64,000 nucleotides of DNA. Origin: a virus. Numbering within the stretch: position 1 is the first letter of the stretch; every line of letters begins with the position of its first letter. Under the pieces are notes generated by a model. That model worked only from the letters and a program-made list of their open reading frames with translations, was not told the DNA's origin and searched no databases. The position numbers and the translations under genes are program-made. The stretch is from IMG/VR virus record IMGVR_UViG_3300049893_000724, positions 64,001 to 128,000 of that record; one strand, 5' to 3'. Below, piece by piece: positions 24,136 to 33,302 of this stretch.

Positions 24136-26630
24136 TAAGCAAAAAAGAGTTCAAGGTTTACAGTTTTTTCTACACTCCACCCAATAGAATCAAGGATAAT
24201 CTTGAGTGGTTCTAGAAATGCTTTCTCAAATTGTAAGTCATAGTCTATGTATTTGTCAAGATTAAGTTCCTTTGGAAAATCTTGAATAAACGAGATAACA
24301 TTCTCGTGAATTGTATTTGGTTTCTTAAGATAAACAAACTTAATCTTCTCACCGTTTTGAATGGCAGAATACTTATTAGTAAGTTTGTTCTTTTTAATAT
24401 AATGATTAAACAGAAGTGCTCCACGAACATGAATAGGCGTTCCCTTCACATAAATGTCTGATGATGATTGATACTTTTGAACATCAGATGCTGAACGTGG
24501 AAAAGAAATAGATTCTGGAGAAAGTGTCCTGAATTCAAGGCGACATTTGTCAATGAAACTAATCATATCGTCTTCAGTTCCACTCATCATAATATTGAAA
24601 GAATCTTTGAGCATTTTGCGGCAAGGTGCTGGTGTGGATGACTTGATTGCTTCAATACCTTTAATCTTCAGTTTTGGTTTCTCATAACGAACACCTTCAC
24701 TATCCCATACGCTGAGAATATATCGCTTTTTCGCAGTCCAAATGCCACGTTCAGCAATACACTCACGCTTCATAATCATTTTCTGTTCGTAGGCGTTTGC
24801 GTAGTCAGCCAATTCTTGGTAAGAACCTTCAATATACTTCTCAAGTTCCACCTTACAGATCTTATCAAGGAACGTGACAATGCCTTCAGTAGTTTTCTCT
24901 CTTCCCTTGAATATAGTTTCAACCAGAGGACCCATATTGATATAAAGAGAATCAGTATCAGATGCAATAACATAATCTTCACCATCCGTTTTGAGAACTT
25001 TGTTTAGATAAGAATTAACACGGTTCATAATCCACTGAATAGAAACCTGTCCAGAGAGAGTAATCGCTTCAGCATTTGCGAGTTTGTAATAACGGAAATA
25101 CTGATTGCCGATAGCACCATAAGCAGAGTTAAGTTGAATCTTACGTGCCATCTGAATGTTATTGCATCGGGCAATCTCTTTTACAAGTTCTTTATTCTTT
25201 GTCTTTTCATATTCTTGCTCTGCCGCAAGCATTTTCTTTTTGAAGATTACACGTTCATTATAAATTTTTTCCATCAGTTCAGGAAGAAATCCACGCACGT
25301 CTTTGCGATACATTGCACCGTTAGCACAAATCGCATAGTCCTTGTACAGTTCAAAATTAAGACTTTGGTTCAGGATTTTATCCACAGAGACTGTTGGATG
25401 CTTTTCTTCTACAAGAGTTTCTGGTGAGATGTTATACATCATAATCAGGTGGGGATATAGTGAGTTTAAGTCAAAACTCACTACCCAATCATACATTCCA
25501 GGGATGGGTTCTTTTACATAAGCACCAGCATACTTTTCGTCTTTCTGTGTTTTATTCTTTGGGGGAATAACAATGTCTCTCTTCTTCAAATAAGTGTAGA
25601 TAATATTATCCCACATACGAACTTGATAGAACACATCGGCATAATTTACTTTGGCATCATATGCCATCGTAAGTGCAAGTTCAATCAGTTTCATCTTGTC
25701 CTCAAGACGATCAACAAGTTCTACGTCAACAATGTTATATTCAATGAACTTCTGCCAACCTTGAGTGTAGAAATCTTTGAAGGTATCAAACTCAGAGTGA
25801 TCAAGTTTTTTAGAACCAAGTTCAACCTCAGCGATATAATCAAGGCGATATGATTCCTGATTTGTATAGGTGAACTTCTTATACAAATCAAGATAATCAA
25901 GTTGAGTCAAGCCACCCACATCGAAAGTGGTGTGCTTTCTTCCCTTGATATAAGTTTCACCCTCAGTGACAAGTCCCCAGTTGGAGAATCTCTTCATTAG
26001 TTTCTCACCAAGGACACGATTGAGTCGTTTGCAGATATAAGGAATATCATACAACTGAATATTCCAACCAGTAATCACATCAGGAACATTCACCATCCAA
26101 TAGTTGATGAAATGACTCAACAACTCATACTCAGAGGGACAGTGATGGTACGTCAAGTCCTTACGATTATGCTTGAAAGGTTTAACACCCCAAGTAATGA
26201 TTTCCTTAGTTGTATAGTCCTGAATAGTGATTGCAAGAATCTCTTCAGAGCAAGATTCCACATCAGGGAATCCTTCTTCAGAAGCAACCTCAATATCCAA
26301 AGTTACAAGTTTGATTTTACTGATATCAAACTTGATTTCATCCTCTGGATATTTTTCTGAGATGTATTGGTAGATATATCTGTCATTGCCGTAGATTTCA
26401 AATCCATCTACGCCTTCATACTTACTATAAAACTCACGACAGTCTTTTACTGTACCAGGTTTAACTGGTTCAACTTTTTCTCCACTTAATGTTCTATACT
26501 TAGAATCTTTTTTAGTTTTTACAAAAAGGGTTGGGAAGAACTCATCCCTTGTTTCAAATCTTTTACCATTCTCTACGCCACGAACCAAAAATTGATTTCC
26601 AATCAATTGAACATTAGTGTAAAATCTCAT
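24135..26630 (-). CDS. gp43: Family B DNA polymerase
   Basis: DIE exonuclease motif, DLNSLYPH, KIQLNSAYG, SDTDS; uninterrupted 831 aa. Confidence 0.98.
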   Translation of the reverse strand: MRFYTNVQLIGNQFLVRGVENGKRFETRDEFFPTLFVKTKKDSKYRTLSGEKVEPVKPGTVKDCREFYSKYEGVDGFEIYGNDRYIYQYISEKYPEDEIKFDISKIKLVTLDIEVASEEGFPDVESCSEEILAITIQDYTTKEIITWGVKPFKHNRKDLTYHHCPSEYELLSHFINYWMVNVPDVITGWNIQLYDIPYICKRLNRVLGEKLMKRFSNWGLVTEGETYIKGRKHTTFDVGGLTQLDYLDLYKKFTYTNQESYRLDYIAEVELGSKKLDHSEFDTFKDFYTQGWQKFIEYNIVDVELVDRLEDKMKLIELALTMAYDAKVNYADVFYQVRMWDNIIYTYLKKRDIVIPPKNKTQKDEKYAGAYVKEPIPGMYDWVVSFDLNSLYPHLIMMYNISPETLVEEKHPTVSVDKILNQSLNFELYKDYAICANGAMYRKDVRGFLPELMEKIYNERVIFKKKMLAAEQEYEKTKNKELVKEIARCNNIQMARKIQLNSAYGAIGNQYFRYYKLANAEAITLSGQVSIQWIMNRVNSYLNKVLKTDGEDYVIASDTDSLYINMGPLVETIFKGREKTTEGIVTFLDKICKVELEKYIEGSYQELADYANAYEQKMIMKRECIAERGIWTAKKRYILSVWDSEGVRYEKPKLKIKGIEAIKSSTPAPCRKMLKDSFNIMMSGTEDDMISFIDKCRLEFRTLSPESISFPRSASDVQKYQSSSDIYVKGTPIHVRGALLFNHYIKKNKLTNKYSAIQNGEKIKFVYLKKPNTIHENVISFIQDFPKELNLDKYIDYDLQFEKAFLEPLKIILDSIGWSVEKTVNLELFFA

Positions 26631-26890
26631 TCTTTAATTAAGTCCTCATATTTTTCAAGTAGAGTCGGAGTTGGATCTGCTAAAGTTAAAATCTTGTCCG
26701 AACTCATCATAAATGTATCTTGCTTTGTAACTCCAAGCAAGAATGGTTCTAAAGTTTGGTCGCTTTTTACAACGAATGGATTAGTCAGTTTACAGTCTGG
26801 TTCTCCAATGTCAGCACCAACTTCTTCAATTTGTGTTATCAGAATTTGATTGTTCAGTAGTGCTAGTATCTTGATTGTTTTCGGTTCCAC
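26627..26890 (-). CDS. Small hypothetical (Sm-like) protein
   Basis: 87 aa; ATGA overlap with gp43. Confidence 0.65.
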   Translation of the reverse strand: MEPKTIKILALLNNQILITQIEEVGADIGEPDCKLTNPFVVKSDQTLEPFLLGVTKQDTFMMSSDKILTLADPTPTLLEKYEDLIKE

Positions 26891-27209
26891 GGGATAAAAC
26901 GTCCTCCACGTACATTTCTGATAGTTTTACAATAGGTTCTACAATAGTCACAACCCAGTCTGCAGCAACTGGAATGACGTGATCTTTTGAAAGGGGCATC
27001 CAAGGATATAGAGATACTTGATATGCTGCCTTTTTCTGTTCTTCGGTGCTTTCTTCGGTTAAAAGACTAGGGTCTCTCATTTTAACCAAACAAGGTTTGT
27101 TAAGAAAATATCCAACCACTCTTCGGTCTTCATCCTCACCCACAACCATTTCTTTAATGTCAGAAATAATATCTTCTCCCGACTTTAAAAGTAAAAGTTT
27201 GATCGTCAT
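26826..27209 (-). CDS. Hypothetical (Sm-like fold) protein
   Basis: MTIKLLLLKSGEDIISD...LYPWMPLS; GGAG RBS upstream. Confidence 0.7.
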   Translation of the reverse strand: MTIKLLLLKSGEDIISDIKEMVVGEDEDRRVVGYFLNKPCLVKMRDPSLLTEESTEEQKKAAYQVSLYPWMPLSKDHVIPVAADWVVTIVEPIVKLSEMYVEDVLSRGTENNQDTSTTEQSNSDNTN

Positions 27210-27214
27210 TTGTA

Positions 27215-27238
27215 CTCCATACCTCCATACCTCCATAC
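27215..27238. repeat. Tandem repeat (CTCCATAC)x3
   Basis: Three exact 8-mers; on the minus strand GTATGGAG x3 before ATG 27209. Confidence 0.9.
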
Positions 27239-27292
27239 ATTCTACCAATAAAAAAAGGAGGAGTCAACCTGGATTTTGCCAGGAACTCCTCT
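27239..27292 (-). promoter_or_regulatory. Terminator overlapped by a sigma70 promoter
   Basis: Hairpin GAGGAGTT..GACTCCTC + T-tract; TTGACT(27267-27262)-17-TAGAAT(27244-27239). Confidence 0.6.
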
Positions 27293-27316
27293 TGCGCCGA
27301 CGATATTCAAAAGTAT

Positions 27317-27502
27317 TTATTCGCCGCCATTACCTCCACCCCCATTTCCACCATCTCCATCACCATTACCACCAGCACTTGAGCGACTTCTTACGGGAAC
27401 TGCGTATCCTTTTGGAATTCTTTTTGATTTACCTTGCGAATAAACAGTATGTGGAACTGCTCCTTGATATGCAATTTTTTGAAATTCGTCGAAAGATTTC
27501 AT
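27317..27502 (-). CDS. Small Gly-rich protein with capsid-targeting-like N-terminus
   Basis: MKSFDEFQKIA...GGNGDGDGGNGGGGNGGE; TAAATA upstream. Confidence 0.55.
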   Translation of the reverse strand: MKSFDEFQKIAYQGAVPHTVYSQGKSKRIPKGYAVPVRSRSSAGGNGDGDGGNGGGGNGGE

Positions 27503-27515
27503 TTTTTATTTTTAT

Positions 27516-27950
27516 TTAGAGATAATCTTTTCGCTTGTGGTGATCAGGAACAATCCTACCAAGAGTAATATTCAGAAGCCCATCCTCAAAATCAACTGAT
27601 CTAACTTCCGTATCATCAGAGAGTGTCCACGCTCTCTTAAAACTCCGTTGAGCCAAACCTTTGTGGAGATAGTTGGACTCCGTTTCTTTATCTTCTTTTT
27701 GACCTTCAACAAAGAGTTTTCCATCTTGCGTGTAGACATAAACCTCCTTCTTTTTAAATCCAGCAAGAGCGAGTTCAAGTCTTGATTCTACATTACTGAC
27801 TTGAACTAAGTTATATGGTGGATAGTTTGTAGTGGTTTCGTGCAGATGGAAAAGACGGTCAAAGTATTCATCCATTCCGATTGAGTTGCGAGTAATCTTC
27901 TCCATTAGGGCAGGAAGATCCGCAGCAGTATAACGTGCAAGGTTAGTCAT
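27516..27950 (-). CDS. hsp20: Small heat-shock protein
   Basis: YPPYNL...LALAGFKK...HKGLAQRSFKRAWTL...FEDGLLNI alpha-crystallin domain. Confidence 0.95.
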   Translation of the reverse strand: MTNLARYTAADLPALMEKITRNSIGMDEYFDRLFHLHETTTNYPPYNLVQVSNVESRLELALAGFKKKEVYVYTQDGKLFVEGQKEDKETESNYLHKGLAQRSFKRAWTLSDDTEVRSVDFEDGLLNITLGRIVPDHHKRKDYL

Positions 27951-27958
27951 TTTAGTAG

Positions 27959-28003
27959 CTCCTTTAAAAGCGAGTTTGTGTTGTGTGGACCCTTACGGCA
28001 TCC
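27959..28003 (-). promoter_or_regulatory. ROSE-like RNA thermometer candidate in the hsp20 5'UTR
   Basis: CTC-G-CTT-TTA-AAGGAG hairpin with UCGCU facing the SD; upstream GNRA hairpin GGATGCC-GTAA-GGGTCC. Confidence 0.5.
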
Positions 28004-28058
28004 ATTACTAATTATAAGAGAAACGAAAAAAAGAGGGGTGTTGATAACCCCCCCCCCT

Positions 28059-28406
28059 TCAAGCAACACGCTCAACATAGTAACCGTATTGTTTAGTGTC
28101 TTCTCGATAAGCTTTTGAGGTTTTCCATAAACGACCACCAACCTTATCACTACTCGGAACATTTGGACGACCAAGACCATCTTCCCAATCTTTTGGCGAA
28201 ACTGTTTTCCAAAACCAATCCCCAATTTCATAACTAGGGTCTCTCCAAGGATAGGAAAATCCACGACCCGAATAGTTACGTGCCTTTATCACAACATATG
28301 GACGTTGTTTTTTAGTGCCTCGTGAAAAAAGGGGAACCTCATGAGATGTTGATTCAAGTTTCATGGTTTCAATGTTAAACGTTCTGTCTAGTTGATTAAA
28401 AGTCAT
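28059..28406 (-). CDS. Hypothetical protein
   Basis: 115 aa with its own sigma70 promoter. Confidence 0.6.
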   Translation of the reverse strand: MTFNQLDRTFNIETMKLESTSHEVPLFSRGTKKQRPYVVIKARNYSGRGFSYPWRDPSYEIGDWFWKTVSPKDWEDGLGRPNVPSSDKVGGRLWKTSKAYREDTKQYGYYVERVA

Positions 28407-28439
28407 AATGTACTTGTATTGTCATTTAGTGTCCGTGTT

Positions 28440-28477
28440 ATTGTACCAATAAAAAAGACCCCTGTCAAGGGGTCTTT
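28440..28477 (-). promoter_or_regulatory. regA terminator whose loop is the -35 box of the next promoter
   Basis: AAAGACCCC-TTGACA-GGGGTCTTTTTT-ATTGG-TACAAT (17-nt spacer). Confidence 0.7.
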
Positions 28478-28524
28478 GGGTGTTCCGACTTTTGTAGAGT
28501 GCCGCACGAATGGCACAAGACTAT

Positions 28525-28962
28525 TTATTCTGCCTCAGCAGTTTTTCCTTTCTTACCAATATTATACTTCTGTTCCAAAATCCAATCGCCCTTGTCCTTA
28601 TATGCAAGAACTTTGATTTGGTTCAGAGGTGCAATGTCGTTTACACTGTCAGGTTTTACAACCGTGATTAGTCCCCAATCAGCAAGAAGACGGACAATGC
28701 GATTGCGGCGTTGAACGTCATTCACAGTCAGGTTAGCGTGCTTACCATCCAGGGCAAACAGTTCCTTAAAGTGAACGATGTAATATCTACCTTGCTTATG
28801 AAGAATGTGGCAAGATTGATAGAGTTTTTTCTCCTTACGCGATGCAACTCCGATACGGGTCAGGGTTTCACGAACTTTAAGGAAATCATCGGGTTCATTG
28901 AGAATGACCTCGACCATTTGGTCTTGAGCCCATTCTACTGTAGGTTCTACCGTGGTAGTCAT
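28525..28962 (-). CDS. regA: Translational repressor RegA
   Basis: DDFLKVRETLTRIGVAS...LYQSCHILHKQGRYYIVHFKELFALDG. Confidence 0.96.
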   Translation of the reverse strand: MTTTVEPTVEWAQDQMVEVILNEPDDFLKVRETLTRIGVASRKEKKLYQSCHILHKQGRYYIVHFKELFALDGKHANLTVNDVQRRNRIVRLLADWGLITVVKPDSVNDIAPLNQIKVLAYKDKGDWILEQKYNIGKKGKTAEAE

Positions 28963-29327
28963 TTGGATCCTCCAATATCAAGTCGTTGTTTAATAAAGTT
29001 AAGTTGTTCTTTTGTCAGGATTTTCAGTGCTTGGGATGCCTTCTCATTACTATAACCATAGTATGATTTAACACATTCTAAGTCTGTAACCTTATCCTTT
29101 CGGAGCCAGGGAGAAAATCTCTTCTTTTTCCTTAGACTATTTAGATAAAACGAATATTGCATATCTTTGTCAAGTTGATGATGCATATTCATTTCGTTTG
29201 CATACATTAAACAATCAATATGCCCAGACAAACAACGATTTACAATATATGGAGGATAAGACTTAATATCCTCTGCCAAATCTTCTTTTGTAAAATTAAT
29301 TGAGTTTAACCAGTCTTTGAGTTCCAT
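28959..29327 (-). CDS. gp62: Clamp loader small subunit
   Basis: WLNSIN, YPPYIVNRCLS, RKKKRFSPW, YYGYS. Confidence 0.92.
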   Translation of the reverse strand: MELKDWLNSINFTKEDLAEDIKSYPPYIVNRCLSGHIDCLMYANEMNMHHQLDKDMQYSFYLNSLRKKKRFSPWLRKDKVTDLECVKSYYGYSNEKASQALKILTKEQLNFIKQRLDIGGSK

Positions 29328-30442
29328 TATCGAATAATTTGAATGTCATCATTATCTGTCCAGAGTTCGACCTTTGTCCTGAACCTATTTTCCTCTTTTA
29401 GTTTTTCATATCTCTTCGATGCCTTCTTTTTCCACCAAGAAATAATATTTTCTAAGTAATACTTATCCCAGTTTGGACCACGAAGAAGTTCAGTTTGTTC
29501 TCCAAGAATAACCTCACGAACATTTGAATATCCATACTCACAGATATAAAATCTTTTCTTTTGAGTGAGAGCAAAAGCAGCATTAATCACTTCATTGAAT
29601 GTAGAAAGTTTTTCTTTATCTTGAAGTGAATTACGGATGATGGAAATCATTTTAGTCTGACGCTTCATCTTTTTAGATGATGCTTTGTTGTCAGTAAGAG
29701 GAGTATTGTTATTGAGTAAAGTAAACCTATCGTGAAGTTTGTGAAATGCCTCATCGTGAAGCAAAGGGAGAAACTTACTTTCAGTCAGTCCCTTGTACCT
29801 CATAAAAGGTTTAAGACCATCATACTGAGATGCATCTGTAGTAGAACCATAGAGAGATGTGGTTTCAAACAAAGCAATATCTTTTTCAAATACTTTGTTT
29901 AGAGTTTCCCTTGCATAATGAGAACAACAGAAAAGAGCAAGAAGTTTACCGCCAAGATAATTATATCCAAACGGTTGAGAAGGAACAATCACAAAACCCA
30001 TCGCTGCATGGCGATTAAAAATAGAAAGGTCTGGTGCTTTTCCCAACCATTCATTTCTTGGTTTTGAATTGATAGTAGGTGAACCAAAACGAATAAATCC
30101 AAGAACTTTTTTTGTGTTCTTTTCAAATATCATCCAACGAAGTTCTCTACCAGGAATGTTCTCTTCATTATTATGCGAAGAAACTACCTTAAGAAGAGTA
30201 TTGTAATGTTCTTGAGGAAGTGCCTGCTGAAAACGATCTCCAATGAATTTAATATCAAACTCCATATCTTCAGGATGAATATCCTCATTGAAGAACTCAT
30301 CATGAAGAGGTGCTAAAGTATTAGTTCCTTTGATAACTTCCTTCTTTACAAAACGCAAGTAGTCTTCAATATTTCCCATTTGGGAAAAATACTTGATGAA
30401 TTCATCAGCAGCCCACTGAGCATCCTGTTCAGAAACGATCAT
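29327..30442 (-). CDS. DUF4338 / Druantia DruA-like protein
   Basis: GRELRWMI...LGFIRFGSP...VPSQPFGYNYLGGKLLA...ETTSLYG matches recalled DUF4338 motifs. Confidence 0.65.
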   Translation of the reverse strand: MIVSEQDAQWAADEFIKYFSQMGNIEDYLRFVKKEVIKGTNTLAPLHDEFFNEDIHPEDMEFDIKFIGDRFQQALPQEHYNTLLKVVSSHNNEENIPGRELRWMIFEKNTKKVLGFIRFGSPTINSKPRNEWLGKAPDLSIFNRHAAMGFVIVPSQPFGYNYLGGKLLALFCCSHYARETLNKVFEKDIALFETTSLYGSTTDASQYDGLKPFMRYKGLTESKFLPLLHDEAFHKLHDRFTLLNNNTPLTDNKASSKKMKRQTKMISIIRNSLQDKEKLSTFNEVINAAFALTQKKRFYICEYGYSNVREVILGEQTELLRGPNWDKYYLENIISWWKKKASKRYEKLKEENRFRTKVELWTDNDDIQIIR

Positions 30443-31386
30443 TTGAACTCACACTCCACCATAATTTCTGTTAGGGCAGCAAGAAGATTTATTTCTTGGT
30501 CAGCAACGAACGCACATTGGTATTGATACTTAGCAATAATAAGAACGGCAGCAGGAATAGACTGGGGTGAAAGATTATCAAAAGCGGCGTCATAAACCCT
30601 GCGAAGTAGATTGCTAGCGTCGTTGTCCAGGTTCCCGACCACCCACTTTCGGACCTCAGTAAAGTTTTTATCTTTGAGATACTTGATAAGATCATTTGTT
30701 TTTACATCAGAAAAAGAAGCAAGAATACCAGAATTAATTTCGCCACCCGAAGAATAACGTTGGCACTCATTAAGAACTCGCCTCCAATCGGGGAAGTGTT
30801 TATTAATCAGTTCAAGGAGAACTTTGTTGTCAAACTTGACATTTTCCTTTTGAAGGATGTCTTGAAGGCGTCCATAAAATCCAGCAGCAAGTTGTGCCTT
30901 TTCTTTTCCCCTGATACTAAAGTCAACGACTGCACAACGGGAATGAAGGGGTTCAATGATTTTGTTTTTGTAGTTGCAGGTGAAGATAAATCGGCAGTTG
31001 TTAGCAAACTCCTCAATAGACGCCCGTAGGAGGAGTTGAACGTCGTTGGTTGTGTTATCTGCCTCATCAATGAGGATGACTTTGTGTTTAGCAGTTGACG
31101 AAAGTGATACGGTCGAAGCGAAGTTTTTCGCATTGTTTCTGACAGTATCAAGGAATCGACCCTCATCGGATCCATTGATGACATAAACATCGACTCCTAG
31201 TTCATTACAAAGTGCTTTAGCGACTGTAGTCTTACCACATCCAGCAGGACCAGCAAGAAGAAGATTTGGCACTTCTCCCTTATCTAGAAAATTTTTAAAA
31301 GTTTGTTTAGTTGCATCTGGAAGAATACAATCCTCAATAGTTTTGGGTCGATATTTCTCAACCCACAAAAATTCATCACGACTCAT
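30439..31386 (-). CDS. gp44: Clamp loader large subunit (AAA+)
   Basis: WVEKYRP, GPAGCGKTT, DEAD, SRC. Confidence 0.96.
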   Translation of the reverse strand: MSRDEFLWVEKYRPKTIEDCILPDATKQTFKNFLDKGEVPNLLLAGPAGCGKTTVAKALCNELGVDVYVINGSDEGRFLDTVRNNAKNFASTVSLSSTAKHKVILIDEADNTTNDVQLLLRASIEEFANNCRFIFTCNYKNKIIEPLHSRCAVVDFSIRGKEKAQLAAGFYGRLQDILQKENVKFDNKVLLELINKHFPDWRRVLNECQRYSSGGEINSGILASFSDVKTNDLIKYLKDKNFTEVRKWVVGNLDNDASNLLRRVYDAAFDNLSPQSIPAAVLIIAKYQYQCAFVADQEINLLAALTEIMVECEFK

Positions 31387-31388
31387 AA

Positions 31389-31511
31389 TTAAATCCAATC
31401 TGGTTTTTTTAAATAAGAACTTGGGACAATTTCCAACCATTCTTTTCCATCAAAAATATACAACTTATGTGTATATTTGTGCAGGAAAACATCACCTTTT
31501 TGATATTTCAT
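31389..31511 (-). CDS. 40-aa hypothetical protein
   Basis: MKYQKGDVFLHKYTHKLYIFDGKEWLEIVPSSYLKKPDWI*; ATGA coupling. Confidence 0.45.
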   Translation of the reverse strand: MKYQKGDVFLHKYTHKLYIFDGKEWLEIVPSSYLKKPDWI

Positions 31512-32020
31512 ACCCATTCAGGTTTACGTTCTGGCATACGAAGATAATTATCCTTCACCCAAGGTTTTGAAGCAATGTACCTTTTATATGCAGTAAAGGT
31601 ATCAATACTATCGTCAAATTTCCATTCCTCAGGCATAGCACGAGCAAATGGAGTCACTTCTGTTATCTTGCCTTTGGGGAACAGATAATAAGCATCTACA
31701 AGAGTCTTGTAGCAGGAGTGAGTCTTATTATATCGCAATGCATACTCATCACACAAGTTCATACCCCACTTAATCAACCAATAGGCATTGTGGATATTAT
31801 CCAGTGCCCATTTGGTACAGGGATGATTACGAAACGCACCCTTTTCAGTTCTGTAGGGAGTGCCATCAGTTTTAGGTAGAGTGCCGTAGTTATGACCCCA
31901 TTTTTCAGATGCCACAATGGAAAGCATTTGGCAGCATTCCAGGGGCATCTTGACGATGTGTTTGTCGGGAAGACAGACGGCACTTTCTGCAGGCCAAGGT
32001 GATGTTACGAAGATGTTCAT
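31508..32020 (-). CDS. Pyrimidine-dimer DNA glycosylase / endonuclease V-like
   Basis: MNIF...DKHIVKMPLECCQML...HPCTKW...TPFARAMP. Confidence 0.75.
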   Translation of the reverse strand: MNIFVTSPWPAESAVCLPDKHIVKMPLECCQMLSIVASEKWGHNYGTLPKTDGTPYRTEKGAFRNHPCTKWALDNIHNAYWLIKWGMNLCDEYALRYNKTHSCYKTLVDAYYLFPKGKITEVTPFARAMPEEWKFDDSIDTFTAYKRYIASKPWVKDNYLRMPERKPEWV

Positions 32021-32682
32021 CCAAAAGTAGAATCAGGTTCCAGAGCAATATAATAGCACAGGTCGTGGTTCTTACTGGTAAAACGTGACAGAAGTTTTTG
32101 AGAAACAACAACCTCATAAGTTCCAGGAAGAACTTTAATATTCTCAACTTTGAAGTTGAAAACAAACTCAGAGTCAGTTTCACCAACAACAATTGCAAAA
32201 TCATTAGAGGTATCGTTCTTCTTATCACGAACCACCAGTTTCACTACACCACCTTCACCAACCGCAGAGATGTCAGGAAGTTGATACACCGCTGCTGCTT
32301 TCAGGAGTTTATCCAGTTGCTCAGTGCTCAGTTCAAAACACACATCCTCACTAGGAAGATTGATTGCTTTGTCGGGAGGAGTGATGATAACAGTAGGGTC
32401 TGCAAAGAAATACTTAGAGCGCATTTTACCTTCGCGGATAACTACATATCCATCGTTGACAAAATCAAGTTCAGGGCTTTGATGTAGACCAAGACCATTC
32501 AGGAACTGATTAAGATCGTAAATACCAAAGTCTTTAGGAAACTCTTCGGTGATTGTTGCTTCAGCAAGAATGTTCTTCATCACACTAATAGTGCGAAGTT
32601 TGTTTCCTTCTTTGAAAAGAATAGATTGATTAATTGAAGAGAAGTTTTTGAGGACAGAGAGAGTTTTATCAGAAAATTTCAT
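32017..32682 (-). CDS. gp45: Sliding clamp
   Basis: MKFSDKTLSVLKNFSSINQSI...FGIYDLNQFL...YYIALE. Confidence 0.95.
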   Translation of the reverse strand: MKFSDKTLSVLKNFSSINQSILFKEGNKLRTISVMKNILAEATITEEFPKDFGIYDLNQFLNGLGLHQSPELDFVNDGYVVIREGKMRSKYFFADPTVIITPPDKAINLPSEDVCFELSTEQLDKLLKAAAVYQLPDISAVGEGGVVKLVVRDKKNDTSNDFAIVVGETDSEFVFNFKVENIKVLPGTYEVVVSQKLLSRFTSKNHDLCYYIALEPDSTFG

Positions 32683-32684
32683 AA

Positions 32685-33281
32685 TCAATAAGGATAGTTG
32701 TTAGAGTTGTTCTTGTGAAGTCCAGCAAAGTGATAGAGAAGAACGCAATAGTGAATTGCTTTCAGAATATCCATCTTGGATTTACCATTCTTCTTACCAA
32801 AGCGAGAGAGATACTTGATAGCATTTGAGCGAGTAAATGCTTCAGCATCACCAATACTCTCAATCAAATCAAGAGTTTGGGTTTTGGATTGTTCAGAAGT
32901 GTAATGAGAATGATAGGTGCTGGAAAGATACTGCTCTACTTCTTTCAGAGTTTTATCTTCTTCATATTTCCAGAAACCATTTTTGTTTGTATCTTCAGGC
33001 ACAGTCAAATTAAATGTAGAGGAGGGATTGAGAGAAATATGGTCATTTCCAAGACCACCAGGAAGACGAGATCCAGAAAAAACAATCTGATCCGAAGATA
33101 CATAAGGATTTCCAGTCAGACTAATACCATCATCTTCCCAAAAATCTTGAGCAGCAACAGGAGCTCCAAGATTAAGAACATCAGTATTTTTTGTATCGTA
33201 GAGGGTTTCAAAATTTTCTTTGTTTATACTCTCACCGAAAGTATAAACACCTGGTTTTTGGTCAGTCATAATAAAGGTCAT
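32685..33281 (-). CDS. DUF3310-like protein with extended N-terminus
   Basis: C-terminal HSHY...QTLDLIESIG...SNAIKYLSRFGKK...DILKAIHY. Confidence 0.7.
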   Translation of the reverse strand: MTFIMTDQKPGVYTFGESINKENFETLYDTKNTDVLNLGAPVAAQDFWEDDGISLTGNPYVSSDQIVFSGSRLPGGLGNDHISLNPSSTFNLTVPEDTNKNGFWKYEEDKTLKEVEQYLSSTYHSHYTSEQSKTQTLDLIESIGDAEAFTRSNAIKYLSRFGKKNGKSKMDILKAIHYCVLLYHFAGLHKNNSNNYPY

Positions 33282-33302
33282 AAACTACCTGTAAGTATTG
33301 TA

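Noticed and set aside
8706-26630. Possible inteins or group I introns in nrdA, nrdB, gp41, gp43 (also gp17, gp46)
   Set aside because: All are uninterrupted and of ordinary length, with no intein C-terminal HN/C signature or frame breaks seen
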